From positions 1 to 51,014 of the IMG/VR virus record IMGVR_UViG_3300020202_000013: DNA of 51,014 bases. One strand, 5' to 3'. Within the stretch, counting starts at the first letter, position 1. Each line of letters opens with the position of its first letter. Origin of the DNA: a virus (lineage: Duplodnaviria > Caudoviricetes). The translations under genes and the position numbers were made by a program. The notes beneath the pieces are model-generated. The model saw only the letters and a list, made by a program, of their open reading frames with translations, was not told the DNA's origin and did no database searches. Below, piece by piece: positions 8,125 through 16,865 of this stretch.

Positions 8125-9094
8125 ATGCTCCGGCATTGGCTGCCTTTCTGAGGTAAGTCGGGCTGTACCGGGCATAATGCTTCTGGGTCGTGCGATCGTC
8201 ATCATGGCCCATAAGCTGAGCGATTTCAGGCATCGGCACCCCATCTTCGGCGCGCCAGACGGCGCCGGTATGGCGGAGCGTGTAGGGTGTCGCGTGGACA
8301 CCGCTCCTTTTGCTCGCGGCTTGGAACGCTTTCTTGATGTTCGCGAGACCTTTCCCCCCACGCTCGATCACGTTTTCCGACTGCCGGTTCTCGTAAGCCT
8401 CCTTCAGCGGCTGCATGAGATAATCAGCGATGGGCACGACAGGCCGCCGCTTCGCCGTCTGCGCGCGATCCGGAGGGTTGAGGTTGATGAGGCCGCGATC
8501 AAAGTCCACGCGGGACCATGTGATTTCAAGGATCGCAGTTGGCCGGGCGCAGGTGGCGATCGCGATGATCATGTAGAGATGCGCATGTGGCGCCTTCACC
8601 TCAGCGAGGAAGCGCCGAAACTCGGCTCGGGATAGATGCCGCTCCTGGCGCTCGGGAGCAGCCGGCCTCCAGATTTCCGGCGCCTCAGCGATGAACTTCT
8701 TCTCCTTCGCCCACCGGAGAGCCACCGAAAGCATTCCCAGCTCATAGCGCACGGTCGCTGCCGCCTTCTTCCGCGTGGCCGCGTAGCCTTGCGCCATCTC
8801 CTCGTCGATGAGGCGCGGCGCTACGTCCGCCCAGAACGACTTCATCGCCTTCCAGGCGTCCCGCTGCCGGCTCGTCGTCGCAATGCCTGCCCGTTCGCGA
8901 TCGTCGAGATAGGCTTCCATCACGCGGCCCACGGTCCAGGGAGAACGGTCGCCGAGTCTCCACCGCTGCCTCGCCTCTGCCTCCGCCCCGATACGATCGG
9001 GCGCGGTAAGGATGTTGCGACGTCGCTTTCCTCCCTCGTCCTTCCAGACGATGGCAAATCCGTCGCGGAATCGTTGGACGCTATATTCGGGCAT
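8120..9094 (-). CDS. int: tyrosine recombinase, phage integrase
   Basis: TCARPTAI (R), PYTLRHT, MGH...TTQKHY catalytic motifs; points to attP. Confidence 0.95.
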   Translation of the reverse strand: MPEYSVQRFRDGFAIVWKDEGGKRRRNILTAPDRIGAEAEARQRWRLGDRSPWTVGRVMEAYLDDRERAGIATTSRQRDAWKAMKSFWADVAPRLIDEEMAQGYAATRKKAAATVRYELGMLSVALRWAKEKKFIAEAPEIWRPAAPERQERHLSRAEFRRFLAEVKAPHAHLYMIIAIATCARPTAILEITWSRVDFDRGLINLNPPDRAQTAKRRPVVPIADYLMQPLKEAYENRQSENVIERGGKGLANIKKAFQAASKRSGVHATPYTLRHTGAVWRAEDGVPMPEIAQLMGHDDDRTTQKHYARYSPTYLRKAANAGAW

Positions 9095-9249
9095 TCAATC
9101 CTCTCGACCTCTGAAGCTGGGATGCGGATGAGCGCGCCGAGTCGGACGTGCGCAAGCTCGCCGCGTCGGATCATGTTCCTGATCAGGCCTTCCGAGCAAC
9201 CCCAGCGATCCGCAAGAGACGTGACGGAATAGGGCCTTTCAGCCTTCAC
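8920..9249 (-). CDS. xis: excisionase (HTH_17-like), C-terminal tail overlapping int
   Basis: YSVTSLADRWGCSEGLIRNMIRRGELAHVRLGALIRIP. Confidence 0.85.
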   Translation of the reverse strand: MKAERPYSVTSLADRWGCSEGLIRNMIRRGELAHVRLGALIRIPASEVERIECPNIASNDSATDLPSSGRTREESDVATSLPRPIVSGRRQRRGSGGDSATVLPGPWAA

Positions 9250-9430
9250 AGCCTTCTCCTTTCATATACCGCCGCACCACATCACCCCCATCCCATTGCC
9301 CGCTCAGGATCCCGCGGCGTGGCGATGAGCCGCGCATGTATTCCCGAGCCGCCAGCAGGCGCGCGCGGCGGAGGGAGGGCTCCAGGTCCCGCAGATTGGG
9401 CCGGGGGGCTTCTTTGCTGTGGAAGCCCAT
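9239..9430 (-). CDS. hypothetical protein
   Basis: Coupled ORF in leftward early operon. Confidence 0.6.
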   Translation of the reverse strand: MGFHSKEAPRPNLRDLEPSLRRARLLAAREYMRGSSPRRGILSGQWDGGDVVRRYMKGEGCEG

Positions 9431-9966
9431 CAGGCGGCCTCCTCCCAGCCGAACAGGCGGTTGATGGCTTGCTCGTCGATGTATCCTCCCGTTGCCTTCG
9501 CGCGCGCATTGGCAACGAGCGTGTCCCAGAAGCGCCAGAACTGCCGGCGAAGCTCAGGCGTCCACCCGTGACGCTTCGCCTGCCGAAAGAACGCATGGTA
9601 GGCGCGCCGCCTCAGTGATCGGGGCGGGACGAAGCGCCTCCAGTGCTCGCCACATAGCCATTGGTCGGACGCAAGGTGCCCATCAGCCGAAGTCGTGCGA
9701 GCGCAACCCTCAATCGCGCAGGGGTTTCGATCGTGATGCTTTGCGCAACGCGTCTGCCCGTTCCCCCACGTCGTCAGGCTAGCCGCTTCGGAAGGGACGT
9801 GAGCCGCGCCGCAGCACTGACACGAATCCACCCGCTCAAGTTTGTGGCTCCCGGCCGGCCGCCACGTCTGCCGATCTCGCCAGTCTTCGCATCTCGCCTT
9901 CGTGCCGTAGCTCGCGGCGATAGGCGCGTCGGGATGTGATAGCTTCCACAGGTCGCGAGTAATCAC
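9430..9966 (-). CDS. Cys/His-rich hypothetical protein
   Basis: CQCC, CAKH, CAIEGC, LCGEHW motifs; coupled. Confidence 0.65.
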   Translation of the reverse strand: MITRDLWKLSHPDAPIAASYGTKARCEDWRDRQTWRPAGSHKLERVDSCQCCGAAHVPSEAASLTTWGNGQTRCAKHHDRNPCAIEGCARTTSADGHLASDQWLCGEHWRRFVPPRSLRRRAYHAFFRQAKRHGWTPELRRQFWRFWDTLVANARAKATGGYIDEQAINRLFGWEEAA

Positions 9967-10430
9967 CGACCACTCTCCGGCCCCGTCAGGAACAGCGTCG
10001 GCTGCTTCCCGCTCGTATAAGCGTCCGCGATCGCCGGCTGCGCCATCTCGCCGACCGTTCGACCATCAGGCATCACCACGTTCGCGAGGAACGCTTCCTC
10101 GAAACTTTCCACGCCGCTTTCGACGCTCTCCAGCTTGGCCTTGATCACGAGGAGGAGGGCTCGGGCGCGCTGGCGACATGCCTGGGCGGCTCTGTTGTTC
10201 CGCTGATCGCGGCTGAGCATAGCGCCTCGCCCATCCTTCGTCGGCATCTCCTCCAGGGATGGCATACCGACGGAGAACCGCAGCAAACGGTCGTGAAGGA
10301 AGAACTGGATCTGAAGGTACTCCGGCTCTTCGATCTGGGCGATCCGGTTGGCACCAGCCTTTTTGATCAGCGCTACGATCTCCCCAACCGACTTCTCGAC
10401 CGCGACTTCGGTGTTTTCGGCGTAGGCCAT
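9963..10430 (-). CDS. conserved phage hypothetical protein
   Basis: MAYAENTEV...RALLLVIKAKLESVESG..FEEAFLA, a familiar prophage family. Confidence 0.75.
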   Translation of the reverse strand: MAYAENTEVAVEKSVGEIVALIKKAGANRIAQIEEPEYLQIQFFLHDRLLRFSVGMPSLEEMPTKDGRGAMLSRDQRNNRAAQACRQRARALLLVIKAKLESVESGVESFEEAFLANVVMPDGRTVGEMAQPAIADAYTSGKQPTLFLTGPESGR

Positions 10431-10975
10431 CAGGCCGCCAGCCTATCGATATTCCCGCGCTCGACGCGGAAGGTGAGGACGAGGACGTCAGGGTTGGCGT
10501 CCCAGCTGTCGGCGCCATGCAAGCTGCTCCAGAGCGCCTGATAGGATGGCACCGCTTCGCTCCGGCTGTGGAAGCAGCCACATTCATTCTCGGAGGTTCC
10601 ATCGACCCGGCCGGTGCCGCAGATGTAGCACGCTGTGCCCTCTGCGATGGCATCGGCTTCGCTGATCTCCTGAAGCGGCTCGACCCGCACTGCCTCCACG
10701 ACCAGCGTCAGTCGGCTCGCCCAGCGCGGCATGTGGATTGAAGGTCTCCACCCGAGACCTCGCGGATCGCCTGGATGATCTGCCATATAGGCGGCACCAG
10801 TCGCAGTGCCGGAGGCGCACCAGCTTTCCCGCACGTACAGCCGATCACCCGGCTCACACCTCCGCAGCGGCGACGTGGCTAACCTCCGCGTCTGTGTCTT
10901 GTGACCGTCGAGCAGCGCCCGAACCATGGGCCCGGAGAAGATTATAGGCCGGTCAGCCACGAGCATCCCCCTCAA
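10430..10975 (-). CDS. ASCH/PUA-like phage protein
   Basis: PIIFSGPMVRALLDGHKTQTRR...WRPSIHMPRWASRLTL...WDANP; true start may be GTG at 10960. Confidence 0.8.
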   Translation of the reverse strand: MRGMLVADRPIIFSGPMVRALLDGHKTQTRRLATSPLRRCEPGDRLYVRESWCASGTATGAAYMADHPGDPRGLGWRPSIHMPRWASRLTLVVEAVRVEPLQEISEADAIAEGTACYICGTGRVDGTSENECGCFHSRSEAVPSYQALWSSLHGADSWDANPDVLVLTFRVERGNIDRLAA

Positions 10976-11144
10976 AAATCATCACCGCCGGCTGATGCTC
11001 GATCTCCTGGAGCGCCCACTCGACAGCCTCGCCGACTGACTGAGCCTGATTGCGGAGGCCGGAGACGCCGCGCGACCAGCTGCCGTCGGGCCAGAAGTGC
11101 AGGCGGGGGCGTGCGTCGCAGCGGCCGAGGAGAGGCTTAGTCAT
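10953..11144 (-). CDS. hypothetical protein
   Basis: Coupled ORF in operon. Confidence 0.55.
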   Translation of the reverse strand: MTKPLLGRCDARPRLHFWPDGSWSRGVSGLRNQAQSVGEAVEWALQEIEHQPAVMIFEGDARG

Positions 11145-11460
11145 GGCGCACCACGATCATGTTCTGCTGGAGATGCTTGGGCAGCTTGCCCAGGATTTCG
11201 TCCATCGTCGGCTTTTCGCGCAGACCTTGATACTCTTCCCAAAGCAGCTGCGGCTTGGCGAACTCGTGCGTGTAGACCGGTCGACCCAGAAGAGCAGTTA
11301 TCCCCTCGTGGAAAACCGAGAACTCCATGCACAGGCGATCTTGCCGAAGCTGGAAGAGGCCGCGCTCGGCTGGTGACAGGCTTTCCCAGCGCCCCTCCTT
11401 CGCGAACTGCACCGCCTCCTCCTGGGTGAGCTGATATTCAGCCAGATAATCTTTACCCAC
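11137..11460 (-). CDS. hypothetical protein
   Basis: GGAGG RBS; LLGRPVYTHEF motif seen in phage proteins. Confidence 0.65.
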   Translation of the reverse strand: MGKDYLAEYQLTQEEAVQFAKEGRWESLSPAERGLFQLRQDRLCMEFSVFHEGITALLGRPVYTHEFAKPQLLWEEYQGLREKPTMDEILGKLPKHLQQNMIVVRHD

Positions 11461-11596
11461 GCCGCACCTCCACCAACTTCCCGCCGACGAACTCGTATTC
11501 GCCGGGCTTCTTCTCGGTGCGCACCACTTTCTGGGGCGAAGTGACGTCGGGATTGCGGGTGCGGCGGACGAACGCCTCTGAGGGCTCCGGATGCAT
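11453..11596 (-). CDS. small hypothetical protein (47 aa, MHPEPSEAF...)
   Basis: Read manually; TGATG coupling fills the operon gap. Confidence 0.45.
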   Translation of the reverse strand: MHPEPSEAFVRRTRNPDVTSPQKVVRTEKKPGEYEFVGGKLVEVRRG

Positions 11597-12243
11597 CAGG
11601 CGTCTTCCGTCTGGCGAAGCTCGTCACCGAACGGATCATCGTCCGCAGGAGCCTGCGTGAATGGCCGGAGCGCCAGAGCGCGCTCGTGGAGGTCAGGGTG
11701 CTCCTTGGCGAGCTTGGCCACCGCGTTGTCGGCCCTGCGGTGGATCTCGGCCAGCTCGTCCGTGGTGGTCGCCGCCTTCAGTGCGGTTTCGTAATTGTTG
11801 AGCCATGCCTCCGCCTTAGCGCGGCCGTTCGATGCAGATGGCTGTTTCTGCTCAACCTGCAAAGGCTTCACCGTGTACGGCTTCCGGCTGCCCTTGGTGG
11901 CGGTGAGCGCGATCGTCATCGCATTATCGAGGTGGCTCATGTGGCTGATCCGGATACCGCCAACTTCGAGCCCGCCCCATTTGACGGTCGGGTCGCGATA
12001 GAGGGTCAGGGAACGGCCGATGTAGTTTCGCGCGTCCGGTCCCCAGGCCGCCACCAGCAGTCGCGACATCGACTTGCACGGCCGGAACGCCTTGTCGCTT
12101 TCCTCGAAGAATATCGAGACCGGCTGCTCTTGCCCGCCGCGAATTTGCACGTCGCGGATGGTGATCGTCATGTTGCGGCCGATCAGGTCGTCCGCGTTGA
12201 TCTGATCGGATTTCGGCACGATCACCGCGCTCATGTCGTTCAT
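11596..12243 (-). CDS. putative recombination partner of YqaJ (SSAP-position protein)
   Basis: KSDQINADDL...TLYRDPTVKWGG..VGGIRISHMS; ATGA-coupled to exonuclease. Confidence 0.7.
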   Translation of the reverse strand: MNDMSAVIVPKSDQINADDLIGRNMTITIRDVQIRGGQEQPVSIFFEESDKAFRPCKSMSRLLVAAWGPDARNYIGRSLTLYRDPTVKWGGLEVGGIRISHMSHLDNAMTIALTATKGSRKPYTVKPLQVEQKQPSASNGRAKAEAWLNNYETALKAATTTDELAEIHRRADNAVAKLAKEHPDLHERALALRPFTQAPADDDPFGDELRQTEDA

Positions 12244-13043
12244 ACAAACATCTCCTGCTCAATTTTGCGTTCGGTTGGGACGAGGCGCGCGCCCGAAGCG
12301 AGCAGCTCTCGATATTCGACAAGCTTCTGGGAAATCCGGGCCTCGAAGGATGCGGCGGCCTCTTCGATGGCTTCCTGAACTTCGGGAATCGGGTAGACCC
12401 GCACCGTCATCATCGGCAGGCCGCCGCTGTAGCTGATGAAGTCGGTCCACTGGCGATCGTCCGCCACCATCAGGCCGGTCTGAACCTGGATCATGAATTC
12501 GGCCGGGATGCTCTGCGCCTCGACGCAATCGAGGATCGTCTGCACCTGATACTTGGCCCGCCGGCTCTTGCACTCGATCAGCCCATCAGAGCCGACCAAC
12601 CCGTCCGGTGAATAGCCGAGCGTGAAGCCGAACTTGCTGTTGGTGATGAAGCCAACCTTCTCCACCGCTCCATAATTCTCGACGTAGATCCGCCGCGCCT
12701 CCCACTCATCATCGAGGCCGCGAAGCATGTCGTCGCTGATGAAGTGCGGCTCGACATACCCGGTGATCCGCTGAGCAAGCAGCTCGTAGAGGTGGGCGCG
12801 CTCCTTGTCGTTCGACGCCGCTTTGAGTGTCGTCGGCGTTATGATCAGCTTCATCTCGCTTGCGGTGAGGAGGCCCTGCCGAGCTGCCAGCCATTCGTCT
12901 GAGCCCTGGATCAGGTCCGGATAGATGCGCTTCGTGCCGTCGATGATGACCGCCTGGGGCTCGCCCGTTGCGGTCCCGCCGATAATTTCGCCGACCGTCT
13001 CCACCTCAAGGCCCTGCCGGCGAAGCTGTGCTGCCGTGGCCAT
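12240..13043 (-). CDS. YqaJ/lambda-exonuclease family protein
   Basis: QGSDEWLAARQGLLTASE, YSPDGLV, IECKS, QVQTGL motifs. Confidence 0.92.
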   Translation of the reverse strand: MATAAQLRRQGLEVETVGEIIGGTATGEPQAVIIDGTKRIYPDLIQGSDEWLAARQGLLTASEMKLIITPTTLKAASNDKERAHLYELLAQRITGYVEPHFISDDMLRGLDDEWEARRIYVENYGAVEKVGFITNSKFGFTLGYSPDGLVGSDGLIECKSRRAKYQVQTILDCVEAQSIPAEFMIQVQTGLMVADDRQWTDFISYSGGLPMMTVRVYPIPEVQEAIEEAAASFEARISQKLVEYRELLASGARLVPTERKIEQEMFV

Positions 13044-13294
13044 CAGAACGCCCCCCGCCGTGCCAAGTCGTGGGGCCTGCTCATCCAGCCGGAGATCACG
13101 GTGACGACATTGCCTTCGCAGCTGAGGACAGCCCGCGCCTTCTTCCCGAAGCGAACGGTCGTGCAGCCGAAATCCACCGCGGCCCTGAAAGCCTTCTCGT
13201 GGCTCCGCAGCTCGGCGAACGCCTCTTCCGTTGAGAGGCTGGGATCGATCCTCTGGCAGTAGCGCTCGGCGGCGTGCCTGGTGATGTGGATCAT
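13043..13294 (-). CDS. small hypothetical protein (HAxER motif, RelE/BECR-like fold possible)
   Basis: ITRHAAERYCQRI...VVTVI. Confidence 0.6.
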   Translation of the reverse strand: MIHITRHAAERYCQRIDPSLSTEEAFAELRSHEKAFRAAVDFGCTTVRFGKKARAVLSCEGNVVTVISGWMSRPHDLARRGAF

Positions 13295-13452
13295 CAGAGA
13301 ATTCCCACCAGCTGAAGCACGAAGACGATGACCACGAACCAGAGCCCGAGCGCGGCGCCGGCGACCAGGGCCAGGCGGTCCCGAGGGCTCGGCTTGTGGT
13401 CCTCAGGCTGAGCGGCGCGCTGCCGAGCGCGAAAGGGGACGATGACGCCCAT
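13294..13452 (-). CDS. small membrane protein (52 aa)
   Basis: Read manually: MGVIVPFRAR...LALVAGAALGLWFVVIVFVLQLVGIL; coupled on both sides. Confidence 0.55.
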   Translation of the reverse strand: MGVIVPFRARQRAAQPEDHKPSPRDRLALVAGAALGLWFVVIVFVLQLVGIL

Positions 13453-13610
13453 CACAGACTCTCCTCCGGCTTTTCGATTTTGAACCGCCTGAGCAGCGCG
13501 TCCGCGATCCGCTCGTCACAGTTCCGCAGGTCGCTCGGGTCAGCGATGCCGATACGGTTGACGTAGATGATGTTCACCAGCTGCTGGCGGACGGGGACGG
13601 GCTCTGCCAT
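13452..13610 (-). CDS. small hypothetical protein (52 aa, MAEPVPVRQQ...)
   Basis: Read manually; GGAGG RBS, TGATG coupling. Confidence 0.55.
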   Translation of the reverse strand: MAEPVPVRQQLVNIIYVNRIGIADPSDLRNCDERIADALLRRFKIEKPEESL

Positions 13611-13882
13611 CACAGCCTCCCGCAGATCTGGTGAATGTCGATGCCGCCCGTCGTTGCTTCGAGGCGGCTCTTGATCTCACCGAGCAGCCGTTCCTGCCGA
13701 GCCCGAGCCTCCTGAAGGTTCGCGAGAATCGTGCCGTAAGCAGCGGACGCGATGGGAGATGCGTCGAGCCGCGTCATCAGGTCCGCCGTGTCCCGGTCCG
13801 CCTGCTGGAGGGCTGCCCAGAGGTCGGGGAAGGAGGCGGTGAAGACGTTGACGAAGGGGCGGGTGAGGGTGATCGCGTTCAT
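13610..13882 (-). CDS. hypothetical coiled-coil protein (MNAITLTRPF...)
   Basis: Internal ATG of track ORF 13610..14107, ATGA-coupled. Confidence 0.6.
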   Translation of the reverse strand: MNAITLTRPFVNVFTASFPDLWAALQQADRDTADLMTRLDASPIASAAYGTILANLQEARARQERLLGEIKSRLEATTGGIDIHQICGRL

Positions 13883-14028
13883 GAGCGCCGATCCTTCCAC
13901 GCAACTTGGATTTCGAGGGTGAAGCCGAGCCAGGAAACAACAAGCGCCTTCCCGGTGAATCCTTCGTCGTCGGATGCTGTGGGATCGCAGGTGGAAACGT
14001 GCACGATGCAGAAGCGGGGCCTCATCAT
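13879..14028 (-). CDS. small hypothetical protein (49 aa)
   Basis: Read manually; ATGA overlaps at both ends. Confidence 0.45.
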   Translation of the reverse strand: MMRPRFCIVHVSTCDPTASDDEGFTGKALVVSWLGFTLEIQVAWKDRRS

Positions 14029-14459
14029 GCCGCCACCTGCTCGACCGCTTCCCGCTCCCGAGCCCGCCGAACCATCCGCTCCAACCGGGTCTCGTCCCCA
14101 GCCCCAAGCACCTCAGCCGAAAGCGGTCGCGCGTACCGGATCGGATGGCTGACGAAGCCCATCGAGGCCTGTGCGAACTCGGCGATGACGGGGAGGGCGC
14201 GAAGCTGGTCGATCGCCTCGGCGACGCTGACGCTGTTCGCCTCGAAGGAGGAGCCGTCGCCGGTTGCGTCCCGGACTGCGAGCGCCGCTTCCAGATGCTG
14301 CTTGCGGATCCGCTTCAGCCGCTGGACCCGCTTGCCGATGTAGCGGGTGTCGGTCTCTTCGAAGGCATAGCGGAAGGTCCGCTCAGCAGGCGGGTTCGAC
14401 GCGCAGTCCAGAAGGATGGCGGCATATTCGGGGTCTTGGGTCCAGAGGGTGGTTGGCAC
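14025..14459 (-). CDS. first gene of leftward early operon, hypothetical
   Basis: GGGAGAG RBS, downstream of the PL operators. Confidence 0.65.
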   Translation of the reverse strand: MPTTLWTQDPEYAAILLDCASNPPAERTFRYAFEETDTRYIGKRVQRLKRIRKQHLEAALAVRDATGDGSSFEANSVSVAEAIDQLRALPVIAEFAQASMGFVSHPIRYARPLSAEVLGAGDETRLERMVRRAREREAVEQVAA

Positions 14460-14492
14460 TTGGGCTCTCCCGTTTCGATGGGAGAGACATAG

Positions 14493-14529
14493 CGCTATGA
14501 AACGTAGCGCGTCAACACAAATTGTAGCG
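14493..14529. promoter_or_regulatory. left operators/PL: CGCTATGAAACGTAGCG and CAACACAAATTGTAGCG
   Basis: 17-bp CGCTA-N7-TAGCG dyads matching those between cI and cro; TTGACG -35 on minus strand at 14510-14515. Confidence 0.75.
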
Positions 14530-14540
14530 TCATGTTGAAA

Positions 14541-14930
14541 TCAATCATCCGGCGGGATGTAATCAGGCCAGAAGTCCGGCTCTTCCGTAGGTGGCTTCGG
14601 AGGTGAGGGCAGGGTCAGAACCTCGCCGTCGAAGGCAGCCCGAATGACCGCGCCATAGGCGGCCTTGTGTTGGAAGACGGCTTTGATTTCCCGGCCGTCC
14701 GCGATCATCCCGCCAATCCAGCCGCAGCGCTCCGCAGTCAGGTAGCCGATCTGCACGCCTCGCATGCTCAGCACGGCGACGGCTCTGGGGTCAGCGGGGT
14801 TCTTAGGCTCTGGAATAAGCTGCACCGGCTCACCCGGCTTGCAGATTTCGATCTCGAAGCGTCGGCCAGGTCCGCGCTTATTTTCATAATCTGCCCCGAC
14901 CACGGCGAGGCTTAACTGGCTCATGCCCAC
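14541..14930 (-). CDS. stand-alone HIRAN domain protein
   Basis: VVGADY...LIPEPKNPADPRAVAV...QIGYL. Confidence 0.85.
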   Translation of the reverse strand: MGMSQLSLAVVGADYENKRGPGRRFEIEICKPGEPVQLIPEPKNPADPRAVAVLSMRGVQIGYLTAERCGWIGGMIADGREIKAVFQHKAAYGAVIRAAFDGEVLTLPSPPKPPTEEPDFWPDYIPPDD

Positions 14931-14939
14931 CGCGGCACC

Positions 14940-15257
14940 TCAGCGGACCTCGCGCCCCCAGAAGTCCAGCTTTGGCGGCGGCGGCACGTCGGAGTGGCAG
15001 AAGCGGCATTTCAGCGCTTCCGATTGGATCACTTCAGCGCAAACCGGGCACTTGCGCATTGCCCCTGACTGGAGGCCGGCCCGCTTCGAGCGCGTGTCCT
15101 GCTTATCCTTGTCGGGTGAGGCCACCGCTGATCCCAGCAGGCCGAGCGGCCCCAGCAAGACGCCAATAATGAAGAACCCGGCACCGCTCCTGCCCTTGCT
15201 TCGCGCCACCATTGCCGACGCCAAGCCGCAGATCAGCCATATGATTACGAGGGTCAG
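14940..15257 (-). CDS. membrane protein with C-terminal double zinc ribbon; probable CTG start
   Basis: ARSKGRS..GFFIIGVLLGPLGL, CPVCAE...CRFC; GGAGG RBS then CTG overlapping the cI stop. Confidence 0.75.
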   Translation of the reverse strand: MTLVIIWLICGLASAMVARSKGRSGAGFFIIGVLLGPLGLLGSAVASPDKDKQDTRSKRAGLQSGAMRKCPVCAEVIQSEALKCRFCHSDVPPPPKLDFWGREVR

Positions 15258-15979
15258 ATGCGCCTCCCGATCCAGATGACGCGACCGATCACAGCCACTT
15301 CACCGTCGCCCACTTCGTCTGGCCGGACCAGCTGATTATCCGGCATGAGGAGCCACGAGCCTCGAGGCGTGACGCGGATTCGGCGGATCATCCCGAGGTC
15401 CCCGTAAGCGACTGCCCAGATGCGATCCTGGTCATCAATGCGCCGGTGGGCAGTGTCAACGAGGACGATGTCTCCGTCCATGATCGTCGGCTGCATCGAG
15501 TCTCCGCTGCCGCGCGTGACCTTCAGCCGCTCAATCGGGCCTTGGTGGAGGCCCCGGAGCCAGTCGGTCCGGAAGGGGACAATCCCCATCACCTCGGCAT
15601 GCCCTTGGAGGAACGAGGCACCCATTCCCAACGGGAGGTCGATCTCCTCGATAAGCGCGAGGCCGTGCTCGCTTGCGATGTCCGCCAAGGAGGTGGGTGG
15701 CGCCTTGTCGGTTGAGGGTTGCCTTACCGCGTCTCGCGGCAGCTCACCGTCAGGCAGGGCGCCACCCTTTAACAGCCAATCGGTCGGCACGCCCAGTATC
15801 CTCGCGAAGTCTGGAGCCCGCTTCGCGAAGCCGTTCTGATTGCCCTCATAGGCCCGGTATGTCGTGGGATGGATCTTGGCGGCTCGGGCGAAGCTCGCTG
15901 CATCATGGTAGCCCGCCCGCTCGCGCGCCCACTCCAGTCGGCCGCCCGGTGTGTCGAGATCCTGCTCACCTTCCATCAT
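15254..15979 (-). CDS. cI: CI-like repressor (HTH + S24 peptidase)
   Basis: RLEWARERAG..HTH; GSGDSMQPTIMDGDIVLVD; VIGRVIW. Confidence 0.92.
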   Translation of the reverse strand: MMEGEQDLDTPGGRLEWARERAGYHDAASFARAAKIHPTTYRAYEGNQNGFAKRAPDFARILGVPTDWLLKGGALPDGELPRDAVRQPSTDKAPPTSLADIASEHGLALIEEIDLPLGMGASFLQGHAEVMGIVPFRTDWLRGLHQGPIERLKVTRGSGDSMQPTIMDGDIVLVDTAHRRIDDQDRIWAVAYGDLGMIRRIRVTPRGSWLLMPDNQLVRPDEVGDGEVAVIGRVIWIGRRI

Positions 15980-15987
15980 GGCGAGCG

Positions 15988-16044
15988 TGTTGCACAACGT
16001 AGCGCTACAAATCATGTTGCGCTCTGGCGCTACGAATGATAGCG
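15988..16044. promoter_or_regulatory. right operators between cI and cro
   Basis: CGCTACGAATGATAGCG (16028-16044), CGCTACAAATCATGTTG (16003-16019), weaker TGTTGCACAACGTAGCG (15988-16004). Confidence 0.75.
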
Positions 16045-16051
16045 AGTGCTC

Positions 16052-16297
16052 ATGCACAGCTTCACGGATCACGCGTCGCTTCTCGCCGTCCTCGGTGGCG
16101 GGGCTGAAGTCGCCTCAGGGATCAATGCGCTTCCGGTCACGGTCCGCGCCTGGTCAGCGCGAAATCGGATACCGCCGGAGTATTGGCCTGACATCATCAG
16201 ACTGAGCGAAACCAAGGGGCATCCCGTCACGGCCGAATGGCTGATGCACTCGACGCCTGCCCGGAAGCGCGAAGAGCAGCAGGCGGAGGCAGCCTGA
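16052..16297 (+). CDS. cro: Cro-like repressor
   Basis: LGGGAEVASGI....TVRAWSARNRIPPEYW; divergent from cI. Confidence 0.85.
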   Translation: MHSFTDHASLLAVLGGGAEVASGINALPVTVRAWSARNRIPPEYWPDIIRLSETKGHPVTAEWLMHSTPARKREEQQAEAA

Positions 16298-16300
16298 TGT

Positions 16301-16561
16301 TCAGCGGTCGTCCTCGCGATCCGGCGGCGGAAATAGCGCAACCATCTGGTCGAACACCCGCAACGCCGAAAGCCGCTCCGGCACCCCAATCGCAGCCTCG
16401 GACATCGGGCGGAGCAGCTCATGGATAGCTTTGCGCGTGTGGCTCGGGATTTCCCCGTTCGTGACCTTGAGCAGCTCCACGATGATGCGCGACTGAGTTT
16501 CGAGCGCCGTCGTGAGGAACCGGTGCACCGCAAGGGCTTCGGCGGCGGTTGGGGTCTCCAT
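16301..16561 (-). CDS. hypothetical protein antisense to cro operon (METPTAAEAL...)
   Basis: GAAGGGA RBS, helical protein-like sequence; competing plus-strand ORFs look less protein-like. Confidence 0.5.
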   Translation of the reverse strand: METPTAAEALAVHRFLTTALETQSRIIVELLKVTNGEIPSHTRKAIHELLRPMSEAAIGVPERLSALRVFDQMVALFPPPDREDDR

Positions 16562-16865
16562 TGCGTTTCCCTTCGTGCTAATCTCGACAATCGCACGATA
16601 GCCGGATGGGGAGGGGTGTCCAACTCCTCCCCTGAAGGCGTCTGCGGCGACTGCCACCGCACAGCTGACGAAATCCCGTCATGCCCTGATCGTTACTGCC
16701 CATTCCGGCAGGCCGCCTGATGATCCCCGGCTTTCTCCTGCTGCTGTTCGTCAGCGGTGCCCTCTGCGCCTGCTCCCGCATCTCGCAGGCGAGCCAAAGC
16801 CGCGCGCGCAAGGGTGCCGATCGGAACGGGGCGTCTGATCCTCTTCATCGTTCGGAGAATGCACA

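Noticed and set aside
16297-16720. Plus-strand ORFs after cro (16297-16428, 16421-16720)
   Set aside because: Low-complexity or non-protein-like and overlap a better minus-strand ORF; cannot be excluded entirely.
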